DNA from: Patescibacteria group bacterium
GTDB lineage: Bacteria > Patescibacteriota > Minisyncoccia > Portnoybacterales > UBA2143
Assembly: GCA_018830295.1 (NCBI GenBank)
Contig: JAHJSM010000001.1
Span: 321,980 to 385,979 of the forward strand
DNA length: 64,000 nucleotides
Reading direction: 5' to 3'
The notes under the pieces were generated by a model. That model saw nothing but the letters and a program-made list of their open reading frames with translations, made no database searches and was not told where the DNA came from. Made by a program: the position numbers and the translations under genes. Of this stretch, positions 47,351 through 54,827 are shown one piece after another (position 1 is the stretch's first letter; each line of letters starts with the position of its first letter).

Positions 47351-48349
47351 TTAAAAATAGATATATCCCTTAATCCTCCAATCGTCAACGCGAAGGGTTC
47401 GGACACTCTTAATGCCCCAACCCGCGTGATTCATTTCTGAAAAAGTAACCCAACTACCATTGACGGCTTCCACATATCCGACATGGCCATACCAACTTTC
47501 GTTAGTAGTGATAATTGACCCGACTCGAGCCGTGGTTCCTGTTTGTCGGCCATAAGCCCGCGCATTAGATAGCCATGATTTAGCGTGGCCAGCCCAAGGA
47601 ACAATTATTTTTTGCGCGACATACCAAGTACACTGTCCATAAGGGAAATTGTGACTCTTTCCTGTTCCCGCGCCAGTGACATAGCTTTTTGGCGCGACAT
47701 AAGTTATTTTTGGCGCTACTGGCGTTGGCATTCTTCCATCTGGGACAACTAATCTTTCTCCAATTTGGATGTTTCCGTCGGCGTTTAACCCGTTAAAGGC
47801 GATAATTTCTTTGGCGTCGGCGTCGTAATAGTTAGCAATCCATCCGATCGTTTGGTTGTCCTTAACGCGGCAAATTACGCCCGTGATAGGCGGGACCGTC
47901 AGCACATCGCCTGGGCGGATAATACTTATTTCTTTAAGTTCGTTTGCCCAAAGTAGAGTATTAACGCTAATGCCAAACGAGGCGGCAATGCTTGAAATGG
48001 TGTCGCCCTCTTGGACTGTATAATCAATAATTCCTGTTCGTGGCTCTTGGCTAATAAAAGTGACAGGACTATTTTGAACTAAAAAAACGCTTTCATGAAG
48101 CGTAGCGAAAGAAGCGCCTTCTTCGTTTAGGTTTTGTTCTTGGACGGACAAACTTGCCAAAGTGTTGGCTGATAAATAAGTGTCTCCAGTTGAAGGGCTT
48201 TCTAAAACGCAAGGAATTTCGCTTAAGTTCTTTTCAGTAGTTGTTTCGCCGCGATTTAAATAAAGAGAAGCAAATATTAAGCCAAATAAAATAACTGCCG
48301 CTAAGAGCAGTTTTCTTTTCTTTAAAAGACATTGTTTAATCGTACTCAT
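47351..48349 (-). CDS. LysM + CHAP peptidoglycan hydrolase
   Basis: Two LysM domains ('YTVQEGDTISSIA..FGIS..TLLWAN') and CHAP ('GQCTWYV...GHVGYVE...SEMN'); start at MSTIK after TATAAT. Confidence 0.88.
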   Translation of the reverse strand: MSTIKQCLLKKRKLLLAAVILFGLIFASLYLNRGETTTEKNLSEIPCVLESPSTGDTYLSANTLASLSVQEQNLNEEGASFATLHESVFLVQNSPVTFISQEPRTGIIDYTVQEGDTISSIAASFGISVNTLLWANELKEISIIRPGDVLTVPPITGVICRVKDNQTIGWIANYYDADAKEIIAFNGLNADGNIQIGERLVVPDGRMPTPVAPKITYVAPKSYVTGAGTGKSHNFPYGQCTWYVAQKIIVPWAGHAKSWLSNARAYGRQTGTTARVGSIITTNESWYGHVGYVEAVNGSWVTFSEMNHAGWGIKSVRTLRVDDWRIKGYIYF

Positions 48350-48407
48350 GTACAGAATTATACTAACAAAACCGTTTCCTTGTGTCAATAAGAAGTATCC
48401 ACAATTA

Positions 48408-48495
48408 AAATTAAAGGTCAGACCTTTCCATCAGTTTGTTGCTAGATAATAAGCAGTCGTGATGATGTCGTTTTGAAAGGTCTGACCTTTAATTT
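48408..48495. mobile_element. Family B2 MITE-like element
   Basis: Perfect 21-bp TIR AAATTAAAGGTCAGACCTTTC; B2 spacer. Confidence 0.85.
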
Positions 48496-48500
48496 CTTAA

Positions 48501-48761
48501 CTATATTTTCTGAATGGCTTTTGTTAGGCGTGATTTTTTTCGGTTCGCCGTATTTTTTTTGATTACTCCCCGCTTGACCGCTTTATCAATAGCTTTGTAA
48601 GATTCTGGAAGAAGTTTAAGCGCTTCTTCTTTCTTTTTGTCTTTAATAAGCGTTTTGGCTTGCTTGATTAAAGATTTCATCTTATTGACGCGGCGTTGGT
48701 TAAAAACCCGCCTGCGGTTGCTCTGTAAGAGAGATTTTTTTGCTGATTTAATAATAGGCAT
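48501..48761 (-). CDS. rpsT: 30S ribosomal protein S20
   Basis: 'MPIIKSAKK..Q..RR...N', 'AIDKAVKRGVIKKNTA.RKKSRL'. Confidence 0.95.
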   Translation of the reverse strand: MPIIKSAKKSLLQSNRRRVFNQRRVNKMKSLIKQAKTLIKDKKKEEALKLLPESYKAIDKAVKRGVIKKNTANRKKSRLTKAIQKI

Positions 48762-48819
48762 AGTACGGAAAGTATAAATCAAACTTTCAAATTAAGCAAG
48801 GGTATGGTAGTATTTTTGT

Positions 48820-49386
48820 ATGCTTGCTTTTCTTGAAGGGAAAATTGAATTAAAAACGGAGAAGTTTGCCATTATTAATGTTGGCGGCGTTGGGTATAAG
48901 GTTTTTGGCGTGGCATCGGTCTTGGATAAATTATCTAAAGGCAAAGAGGCAAAACTTTTTGTTCATCTTTACACGCGCGAAAATATTTTGGATTTATACG
49001 GTTTTTTGTCTTTTGAGAGCCTGGAATTTTTTGAAACCCTTATTTCCGTCAGGGGCATTGGTCCCAAGGCGGCGCTTTCAATTATGGCCATTGCGTCAGT
49101 TGCGACTCTTAAACAAGCGATTGCTAGTGGGCAAAAAGCGCTCTTAACTAAGGTTTCTGGAATTGGTCAAAGAACGGCGGAGCGTGTTATTCTAGAATTA
49201 AAAGATAAAATCGTCGCGCCTATCGCCGATATTAAAAGATTGAGTTCGGATAGCGACGCGATAGATGCTTTAGTCAGTTTGGGTTATACTATCCAACAAG
49301 CGAGGGGAGCGCTTGAACAAGTGTCCGCAAAAACCAAAGGCGCGGCAAGCAGAGTCAGAGAAGCGCTAAAACTTTTAGGAAAATAA
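48820..49386 (+). CDS. ruvA: Holliday junction branch migration protein RuvA
   Basis: 'GGVGY.V', 'LYGF', 'V.GIGPK.AL', 'GIG.RTAER.ILELKDK', 'AL.SLGY'. Confidence 0.95.
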   Translation: MLAFLEGKIELKTEKFAIINVGGVGYKVFGVASVLDKLSKGKEAKLFVHLYTRENILDLYGFLSFESLEFFETLISVRGIGPKAALSIMAIASVATLKQAIASGQKALLTKVSGIGQRTAERVILELKDKIVAPIADIKRLSSDSDAIDALVSLGYTIQQARGALEQVSAKTKGAASRVREALKLLGK

Positions 49387-49387
49387 T

Positions 49388-50314
49388 ATGAAAGAAGAAT
49401 GGAATCGTTTTATTATTAAGAATGGTGGGGGCTTTTTGCAGTCGTATCAGTGGGGAGAATTTCAGAAAGCGTTCGGTAGGAAGATTTGGCGCGTTGAGAT
49501 AGGAAACGATTTGAAAGCGTTGGTTATTAAACACAGATTGCCTTTGCGGCGTAATTATTTATATTGTCCGCGCGGACCCGTAATTCAGCGAACAATAAAT
49601 TTGTTTTTAGAAAAAGTTAGGGAAATAGGGAAAAGAGAAGGAAGTATTTTTTTGAAAACTGAACCGTTTTTTAATTCTAAAATTTTAGGAAATGACTTTA
49701 TTAAGTCGGAAAAAGAAATTCAGCCGTCGCGAACAATAATTTTAGATATTTCAAAATCAGAGGAGGATTTGCTAGAGCAAATGAGCCAGAAAACAAGGTA
49801 TAATATTAGATTATCCCAACGCAAAGGAGTGATTATTAAAGAGGCGGCGAGTGATAAGGCATTAGCGATAAATTCTTTTTTAAAATTATTAAAAAAAACG
49901 ACAGAGAAGGATGGTTTTCGCGCTCATCCGGAAAAATATTATCAAAAAATGTTTGATTTTTTAGGCAAAGAGGGTTCCGTAAAATTATTCTTAGCGAAAC
50001 ATAGAAAAAAGGTTGTCGCCGCCGCGCTTTTTTCTTTTTTTGGGGAAACGGCTGTTTACTTGCACGGCGCTTCGGATTATGACGCGCGCCAATTAATGGC
50101 GCCGCATCTAATCCAATGGCAGGCTATTTTGGAAGCAAAAAAAAATGGATTAAAATACTACGATTTTGGCGGAATTGATGAAAAAAAATGGCCCGGAGTG
50201 ACCCGATTTAAAAAGGGGTTTGGAGGACAAGAAACTGTCTACCCCGGCGCGTTTGACTTGATTTTTAAGCCGTGGTGGTATAGTGTTTATAATATAGCAA
50301 GGAAGGTCTTGTAG
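49388..50314 (+). CDS. FemABX/MurM family peptidoglycan bridge aminoacyltransferase
   Basis: 'FLQS..WG.F', 'Y.PRGP', 'KTRYNIR', 'YLHGAS', 'YDFGGI', 'G..RFK.GFGG'. Confidence 0.9.
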   Translation: MKEEWNRFIIKNGGGFLQSYQWGEFQKAFGRKIWRVEIGNDLKALVIKHRLPLRRNYLYCPRGPVIQRTINLFLEKVREIGKREGSIFLKTEPFFNSKILGNDFIKSEKEIQPSRTIILDISKSEEDLLEQMSQKTRYNIRLSQRKGVIIKEAASDKALAINSFLKLLKKTTEKDGFRAHPEKYYQKMFDFLGKEGSVKLFLAKHRKKVVAAALFSFFGETAVYLHGASDYDARQLMAPHLIQWQAILEAKKNGLKYYDFGGIDEKKWPGVTRFKKGFGGQETVYPGAFDLIFKPWWYSVYNIARKVL

Positions 50315-50354
50315 TTTTTTAACAATTTTTTAAAAATAGAAAAAAGGGGGTAAT

Positions 50355-50543
50355 ATGTCAGATGAAATAAAAGAATGTCCAGATCCAAGATGTAGAAGAG
50401 GATATATTTTTTGCGAAGGGATGCATGTCGTTTGCATGACTTGCAAGGGAGTAGGCGAAGGAACGGAGGAATTTTTTAAAAAGAACAAAGAAGAAGCGGA
50501 AAAGTTGAGACGCGAAATTTTTGCTGACGCCTGCGCTTCGTAG
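50355..50543 (+). CDS. Small DnaJ-type zinc-finger orphan protein
   Basis: 'ECPDPRCRRG...CMTCKGVG'; SD AAGGGGGT; terminator AAAGAGCCAAA/TTTGGCTCTTT downstream. Confidence 0.65.
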   Translation: MSDEIKECPDPRCRRGYIFCEGMHVVCMTCKGVGEGTEEFFKKNKEEAEKLRREIFADACAS

Positions 50544-50628
50544 TTCGTAGGCGGAAGGATTTTAAAGAGCCAAAGCAAAATGCTTTTGGCTCTTTTATTT
50601 TCCGCCGAAAACTGGTATTGTGTTAATA

Positions 50629-50666
50629 ATTTGGGGACTGTCCCCAAGAGGGGACAGTCCCCAAAT
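50629..50666. repeat. Family A palindromic doublet
   Basis: ATTTGGGGACTGTCCCC-aaga-GGGGACAGTCCCCAAAT. Confidence 0.9.
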
Positions 50667-50677
50667 AACAAATTATT

Positions 50678-51937
50678 ATGAAAAATACAATTAAAAAAAT
50701 TACTCCCAACTCTCTTTTAAGCGCCTATCATTTCCTGCTTTCTTTTTTGGGCGCGGTTTTTTATGGCTTTCCCTCGCGAAAACTAAAAATAATCGGGGTG
50801 ACAGGGACGAATGGCAAGTCAACGACAGTGTTTTTAATCAATCAGATTTTAGAAAAGGCGGGATATAAGACGGCTTCTTTGTCGTCTATCTATTTTACAA
50901 CCAACGGCGATATTGAGCTAAACAATCTAAAAATGACCATGCCTGGTCGTTTTAAAATCCATAAGTTTTTGAGGCGGGCGGTTGAGGCGGGATGTCAATA
51001 CGCCGTTTTGGAAATAACTTCAGAGGGGATTAAACAGCATCGCCATCGTTTTATTGGTTTTGATACGGCTGTTTTCACTAATCTTACGCCTGAACATATA
51101 GAAAGCCACGGCGGATTTGAGAATTATAAAAAAGCGAAAGGAAAACTTTTTCAATCGCTTAAGCCAAATGGTAAATCAATTGTTAATTTAGACGACCCAA
51201 ACAGCCATTATTTCTTGCGATTCGCGGCGAAAGAAAAATGGGGATACACATTACAACAGGGGGCTGCCCCCGTGGCGGGGGCAGCCCCCGTCGTAAAAGG
51301 AGAGAAAATCGAGATAAAAAAATCTTATTCTTCATTCTTCATTAATAATTCATTATTCATAATTCATCTTTTAGGCAAATTTAATATTTCTAACGCCTTG
51401 GCGGCGATTGCGGTTGGAACGGCGGAAGGAATTTCTTTAGAGAAAATGAAGTTGGCTTTAGGGGAAATAAAAGGCATTCCCGGTCGTTTAGAAATAGTTA
51501 CTAAGGAACTATTTACAGTAATTGTTGATTACGCTCATACGCCAGACGCTTTAGAAAAGGTCTATCAAACCGCGCGAAAAATGTCTGATGGAAAATTAAT
51601 AGGCGTTCTTGGTTCGGCGGGCGGAGGCAGAGACAAATGGAAAAGACCTGAAATGGGAAAAATCGCGGAAAAATATTTGGATATGATTATTATTACTAAC
51701 GAAGACCCTTACGACGAAGACCCGAGCCAGATTATTAGCGAAATCGTTGAAGGGATAAAAAATAAAGAGGTTAAAAAAATTATTGACCGCAGAGAAGCAA
51801 TTCGCTACGCTCTAAAAATAGCGGAAAAAGACGATGTGGTTATTATTACGGGCAAAGGATGCGAATTATGGATGTGCGTTGAAGGAAATAAAAAAATCCC
51901 TTGGGATGACAGGAAAGTAGTTAAGGAGGAGATTTAA
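50678..51937 (+). CDS. murE: UDP-MurNAc-tripeptide synthetase MurE
   Basis: 'GVTGTNGKST', 'E.TS', 'FTNL..EH...H', 'GRLE', 'VDYAHTPDAL', 'GGGRD..KRP.MG', 'GKG.E'. Confidence 0.9.
   Translation: MKNTIKKITPNSLLSAYHFLLSFLGAVFYGFPSRKLKIIGVTGTNGKSTTVFLINQILEKAGYKTASLSSIYFTTNGDIELNNLKMTMPGRFKIHKFLRRAVEAGCQYAVLEITSEGIKQHRHRFIGFDTAVFTNLTPEHIESHGGFENYKKAKGKLFQSLKPNGKSIVNLDDPNSHYFLRFAAKEKWGYTLQQGAAPVAGAAPVVKGEKIEIKKSYSSFFINNSLFIIHLLGKFNISNALAAIAVGTAEGISLEKMKLALGEIKGIPGRLEIVTKELFTVIVDYAHTPDALEKVYQTARKMSDGKLIGVLGSAGGGRDKWKRPEMGKIAEKYLDMIIITNEDPYDEDPSQIISEIVEGIKNKEVKKIIDRREAIRYALKIAEKDDVVIITGKGCELWMCVEGNKKIPWDDRKVVKEEI
51259..51289. repeat. Family C palindromic doublet, in frame inside murE
   Basis: GGGGGCTGCCCCCG-tgg-CGGGGGCAGCCCCC; encodes GAAPVAGAAP. 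Confidence 0.9.
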
Positions 51938-51950
51938 TAAGCATACAATT

Positions 51951-53216
51951 ATGATTTTCTTAGAAAAAATATTTTTTTATCTTTTGGTTTTCTGTTTGCC
52001 CTTCCAAACGCGTAAAGTGATTTGGCAGTGGGGTGAGAATGGTTTTAATGAGTGGACGAGCGCTTTTCTTTATTTAACCGATATTTTAATTTTAATTCTT
52101 TTTCTTTTTTGGTTTTTGAGGAACAGAGAAAAAAGATTTTTTAAGAATGGGATTAAGATGGCGAGGGGAGCAGTCGCAAGAGGCGGTTTTTGGCTGATTG
52201 TTTTTTTGGCGATTGCTTTGGTTTCTCTGATTCAGGCGCGTAATATTCAATTAGGTTTCTATTCTTGGCTTAAACTTTTAGAATTTGCTCTTTTGTTTTT
52301 CTATCTAAAAAATAATTTTAAAGATTTATTTAATTTTACCCGCCTTTCCCAAGCGCTTGTAATGAGTGGGTTTGCTCAGTCGTTGATTGTTTTATGGCAA
52401 TACGCGGGGCAAAAAGGGCTGGAGATAAACGGCGTCGCTAAAATTATTGTTGATGGAGTGACACTTATGCGCCCTTACGGTTCTTTTCCTCACCCAAATG
52501 TTTTGGCGGCTTTTCTTTTACTCTGTATTTTTTGCCTCTATTCTCTCTGGCTCGCGAAAAAACGATCTTTTGTTTGGAATTGTCTTTTGATTATTGCTGG
52601 ATTTTTAATAATATTCGCTTTTTGGCTCTCTTTTTCGCGAACCGCCCTTTTAGTTTTTTTAATCACAATCCCTCTTTATTTTATCCTTCTATTAAAACAA
52701 AAAAGAAATATCCTTATCTTTCTCTTTATTGTTTTCTGCAGCGTTCTTTTTGTTTTTTTGGCCGGGGCGGAAGTTTCGTCTCGGTTCGCGATTTCAACAT
52801 CAGAGCAAGCGGTTGGATTGCGCGCTTTTTATAATGAAACGGCTCTTTCTATTATCAATCAATATCCTCTATTCGGAGTAGGTCAGGGAAATTTTGTTTG
52901 GGAAATCAGCAAAGCGCTTGATTTAATGTCTGCCTGGCTCTATCAGCCGGTCCATAATATCTATTTGCTTATCGCCAGCGAAACAGGGTTGTTCGGGTTG
53001 ATCGCTTTTCTTATGTTTCTTTTTTTGATTTTGTCTGAGATATTTGGGGACTGTCCCCGTTGCGGGGACAGTCCCCAAATAATAGGGCTTGTCATTGTTT
53101 TCTTCGGATTTCTATTTATGGCTCTATTTGACCACTACTTCTGGACAATTCAGCAAGGGCAGTTAATGTTTTGGTTGGTCTTGGGCGTTATCGCAAGCAA
53201 TTCGGCTATCCGATAG
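51951..53216 (+). CDS. O-antigen ligase (Wzy_C) family protein
   Basis: 'RPYG.FPHPN.LA', 'GVG.GNF', 'QPVHNIYLLI.SETG', 'FDHYF.T.QQG'. Confidence 0.85.
   Translation: MIFLEKIFFYLLVFCLPFQTRKVIWQWGENGFNEWTSAFLYLTDILILILFLFWFLRNREKRFFKNGIKMARGAVARGGFWLIVFLAIALVSLIQARNIQLGFYSWLKLLEFALLFFYLKNNFKDLFNFTRLSQALVMSGFAQSLIVLWQYAGQKGLEINGVAKIIVDGVTLMRPYGSFPHPNVLAAFLLLCIFCLYSLWLAKKRSFVWNCLLIIAGFLIIFAFWLSFSRTALLVFLITIPLYFILLLKQKRNILIFLFIVFCSVLFVFLAGAEVSSRFAISTSEQAVGLRAFYNETALSIINQYPLFGVGQGNFVWEISKALDLMSAWLYQPVHNIYLLIASETGLFGLIAFLMFLFLILSEIFGDCPRCGDSPQIIGLVIVFFGFLFMALFDHYFWTIQQGQLMFWLVLGVIASNSAIR
53041..53081. repeat. Family A palindromic doublet, in frame inside the O-antigen ligase gene
   Basis: TATTTGGGGACTGTCCCCG-ttg-CGGGGACAGTCCCCAAATA; encodes IFGDCPRCGDSPQI. 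Confidence 0.9.
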
Positions 53217-53228
53217 CCGAACAAGATT

Positions 53229-53254
53229 AAACCCCGACGGTTTTGTCGGGGTTT
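53229..53254. terminator. Bidirectional terminator-like hairpin
   Basis: AAACCCCGAC/GTCGGGGTTT between convergent genes. Confidence 0.65.
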
Positions 53255-53266
53255 GGTTGAAGTCGG

Positions 53267-53362
53267 TCAGTGCCCGCATCCGCAATCACATCGGCAGCCG
53301 CAATTTGCGACGCGACGAATAATAAAACGAACTAAGCGCGCATACCTCAAACCCTTGTCCAT
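53267..53362 (-). CDS. Unannotated 31-aa Cys-rich peptide MDKGLRYARLVRFIIRRVANCGCRCDCGCGH
   Basis: SD AAGGAGGTGA 4 nt before ATG, TTGACT-16 nt-TAATCT promoter with extended TG, downstream hairpin; below the ORF-track length cutoff. Confidence 0.65.
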   Translation of the reverse strand: MDKGLRYARLVRFIIRRVANCGCRCDCGCGH

Positions 53363-53429
53363 ACTCTCACCTCCTTTAAAAGAACTATTTATAGATTACC
53401 AAAAAAGAAACAAAAGTCAATCTATTTCC

Positions 53430-53501
53430 GTCCCCATAGCTTAACGGATAAAGCGCGGCCCTCCGGAGGCCGAAATCGAGGTTCGATTCCCCGTGGGGAC
53501 A
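53430..53501 (+). tRNA. tRNA-Arg(CCG)
   Basis: GTCCCCA/TGGGGAC acceptor stem, CGGCC-ctCCGga-GGCCG. Confidence 0.92.
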
Positions 53502-53592
53502 CCCGTTTTTAAAAATTTGACTTTATTCTATAAAAATGTTAAAGTCCTTTGAATTAGTTCATTAACTTTTTCATAAAAAAAGGGGTGGTGAA

Positions 53593-53820
53593 ATGGAAAA
53601 TATTAATATGGATAATGCTTATAATTACTATGCCAATATGGGGGTGTATGCTTATGTCCACTCTTGTGGTAGCGGAGACTTAAAATTTCTTGGGCTCTCC
53701 GGAGAACATAACGAGAATGTTGATTTCTTTTGTAATGAATGTAAAAGAAATTTCTCGGTAGAATGCAAGGGAGGATATTTAAAAAGTAAGGGACAAATTT
53801 TGACAATGCTGTATCCATAA
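53593..53820 (+). CDS. Small orphan zinc-ribbon-like protein
   Basis: 'HSCGS...CNECKR.F'; promoter TTGACT-17 nt-TAAAGT, SD AAGGGGTG, terminator at ~53832-53865. Confidence 0.6.
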   Translation: MENINMDNAYNYYANMGVYAYVHSCGSGDLKFLGLSGEHNENVDFFCNECKRNFSVECKGGYLKSKGQILTMLYP

Positions 53821-53903
53821 TTCATTTCAACAAAAAGCCACTGCGAAAAAACGCGGCGGCTTTTTATATTATATGGATATGATATAATGAAATAAGATAT
53901 GCA

Positions 53904-53967
53904 ATAAATTAAAAGTCAGACCTTTCCATCAGTTTGTCACTTTTGAAAGGTCTGACCTTTAATTTAT
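53904..53967. mobile_element. Internally deleted family B2 element in the yidD 5' leader
   Basis: 23-bp TIR with one mismatch and spacer CATCAGTTTGTCACTTTT. Confidence 0.8.
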
Positions 53968-53972
53968 AACAC

Positions 53973-54191
53973 ATGAAAAATATTGTTTTAATTTTAATCA
54001 AAATTTACCAGAAAACCATTTCTCCCGACCATGGTTTTTTTCCTGTTTTGAAGTTTTTGGGCGGATGCCGCCACAACCCAACTTGCTCGCAATACACTCA
54101 TGAAGCGGTCAAAGAAAAAGGGGCATTAAAGGGGGTATGGTTGGGAATAAAAAGAATTTCTAATTGTCATCCTTGGGGGAAAGAATTATGA
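53973..54191 (+). CDS. yidD: Membrane protein insertion efficiency factor YidD
   Basis: 'YQKTISPDHG', 'CRH.PTCSQY..EAV...GA.KG.WL..KRI..CHPW'. Confidence 0.92.
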   Translation: MKNIVLILIKIYQKTISPDHGFFPVLKFLGGCRHNPTCSQYTHEAVKEKGALKGVWLGIKRISNCHPWGKEL

Positions 54192-54815
54192 AACAAATCA
54201 ATAAAGTTATAAAGGTTTTAATTTTATCGGATGTCGCTTTGGCGGGCGGGGTTGGGTTTTATGGCGCCTATTTTCGCGATTTTTTTGACCGAAAAAATTC
54301 AGGGAGGCAATATCGCGGTTGTTGGATACGCGGCCGCTATCTATTGGATTATTTTGTCATTGGTTGTGATTCCTTTTGGGCGATATTTAGATAAAAACCA
54401 TGGCGAGAAAGATGATATTTGGTTTATTATTCTCGGTAATTTTTTAGCCGCCTTAGCTGTTTGCGGGTATCTTCTTTCTTTTCTTCCTTGGCACATTTAC
54501 CTCTGTCAAGTGATTTACGCTATTGGTATGGGGATGAATATTCCCGGCTATACAGCTATTTTCACTCGCCATATTGATAGAGGCAAAGAAGCGTTTGACT
54601 GGAGCGTTCGCGCCGCTTTAATCGGTTTTGGAAGCGGAATCGCTGGCGCCTTAGGTGGAGTGGTCGCTAATCGTTTTGGTTTTTATATTCTCTTTATCGG
54701 AGTCATAGTTTTCCTTTTAATCAGCGCTTTTTTGCCTCTTTTAATCAGAAAAGAATTATCTTCAAAAGATAAAAAAATAATTAGAACGCCAGCAGGCAAA
54801 ATTTATCCAAAGTAG
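54188..54815 (+). pseudogene. Half-size MFS transporter with a +1 frameshift near its 5' end (pseudogene or sequencing error)
   Basis: MKQINKVIKVLILSDVALAGG continues as LGFMAPIFAIF only if one G is removed from GGGG at 54248-54251. Confidence 0.6.
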
Positions 54816-54827
54816 CGCGTTAGAAAA

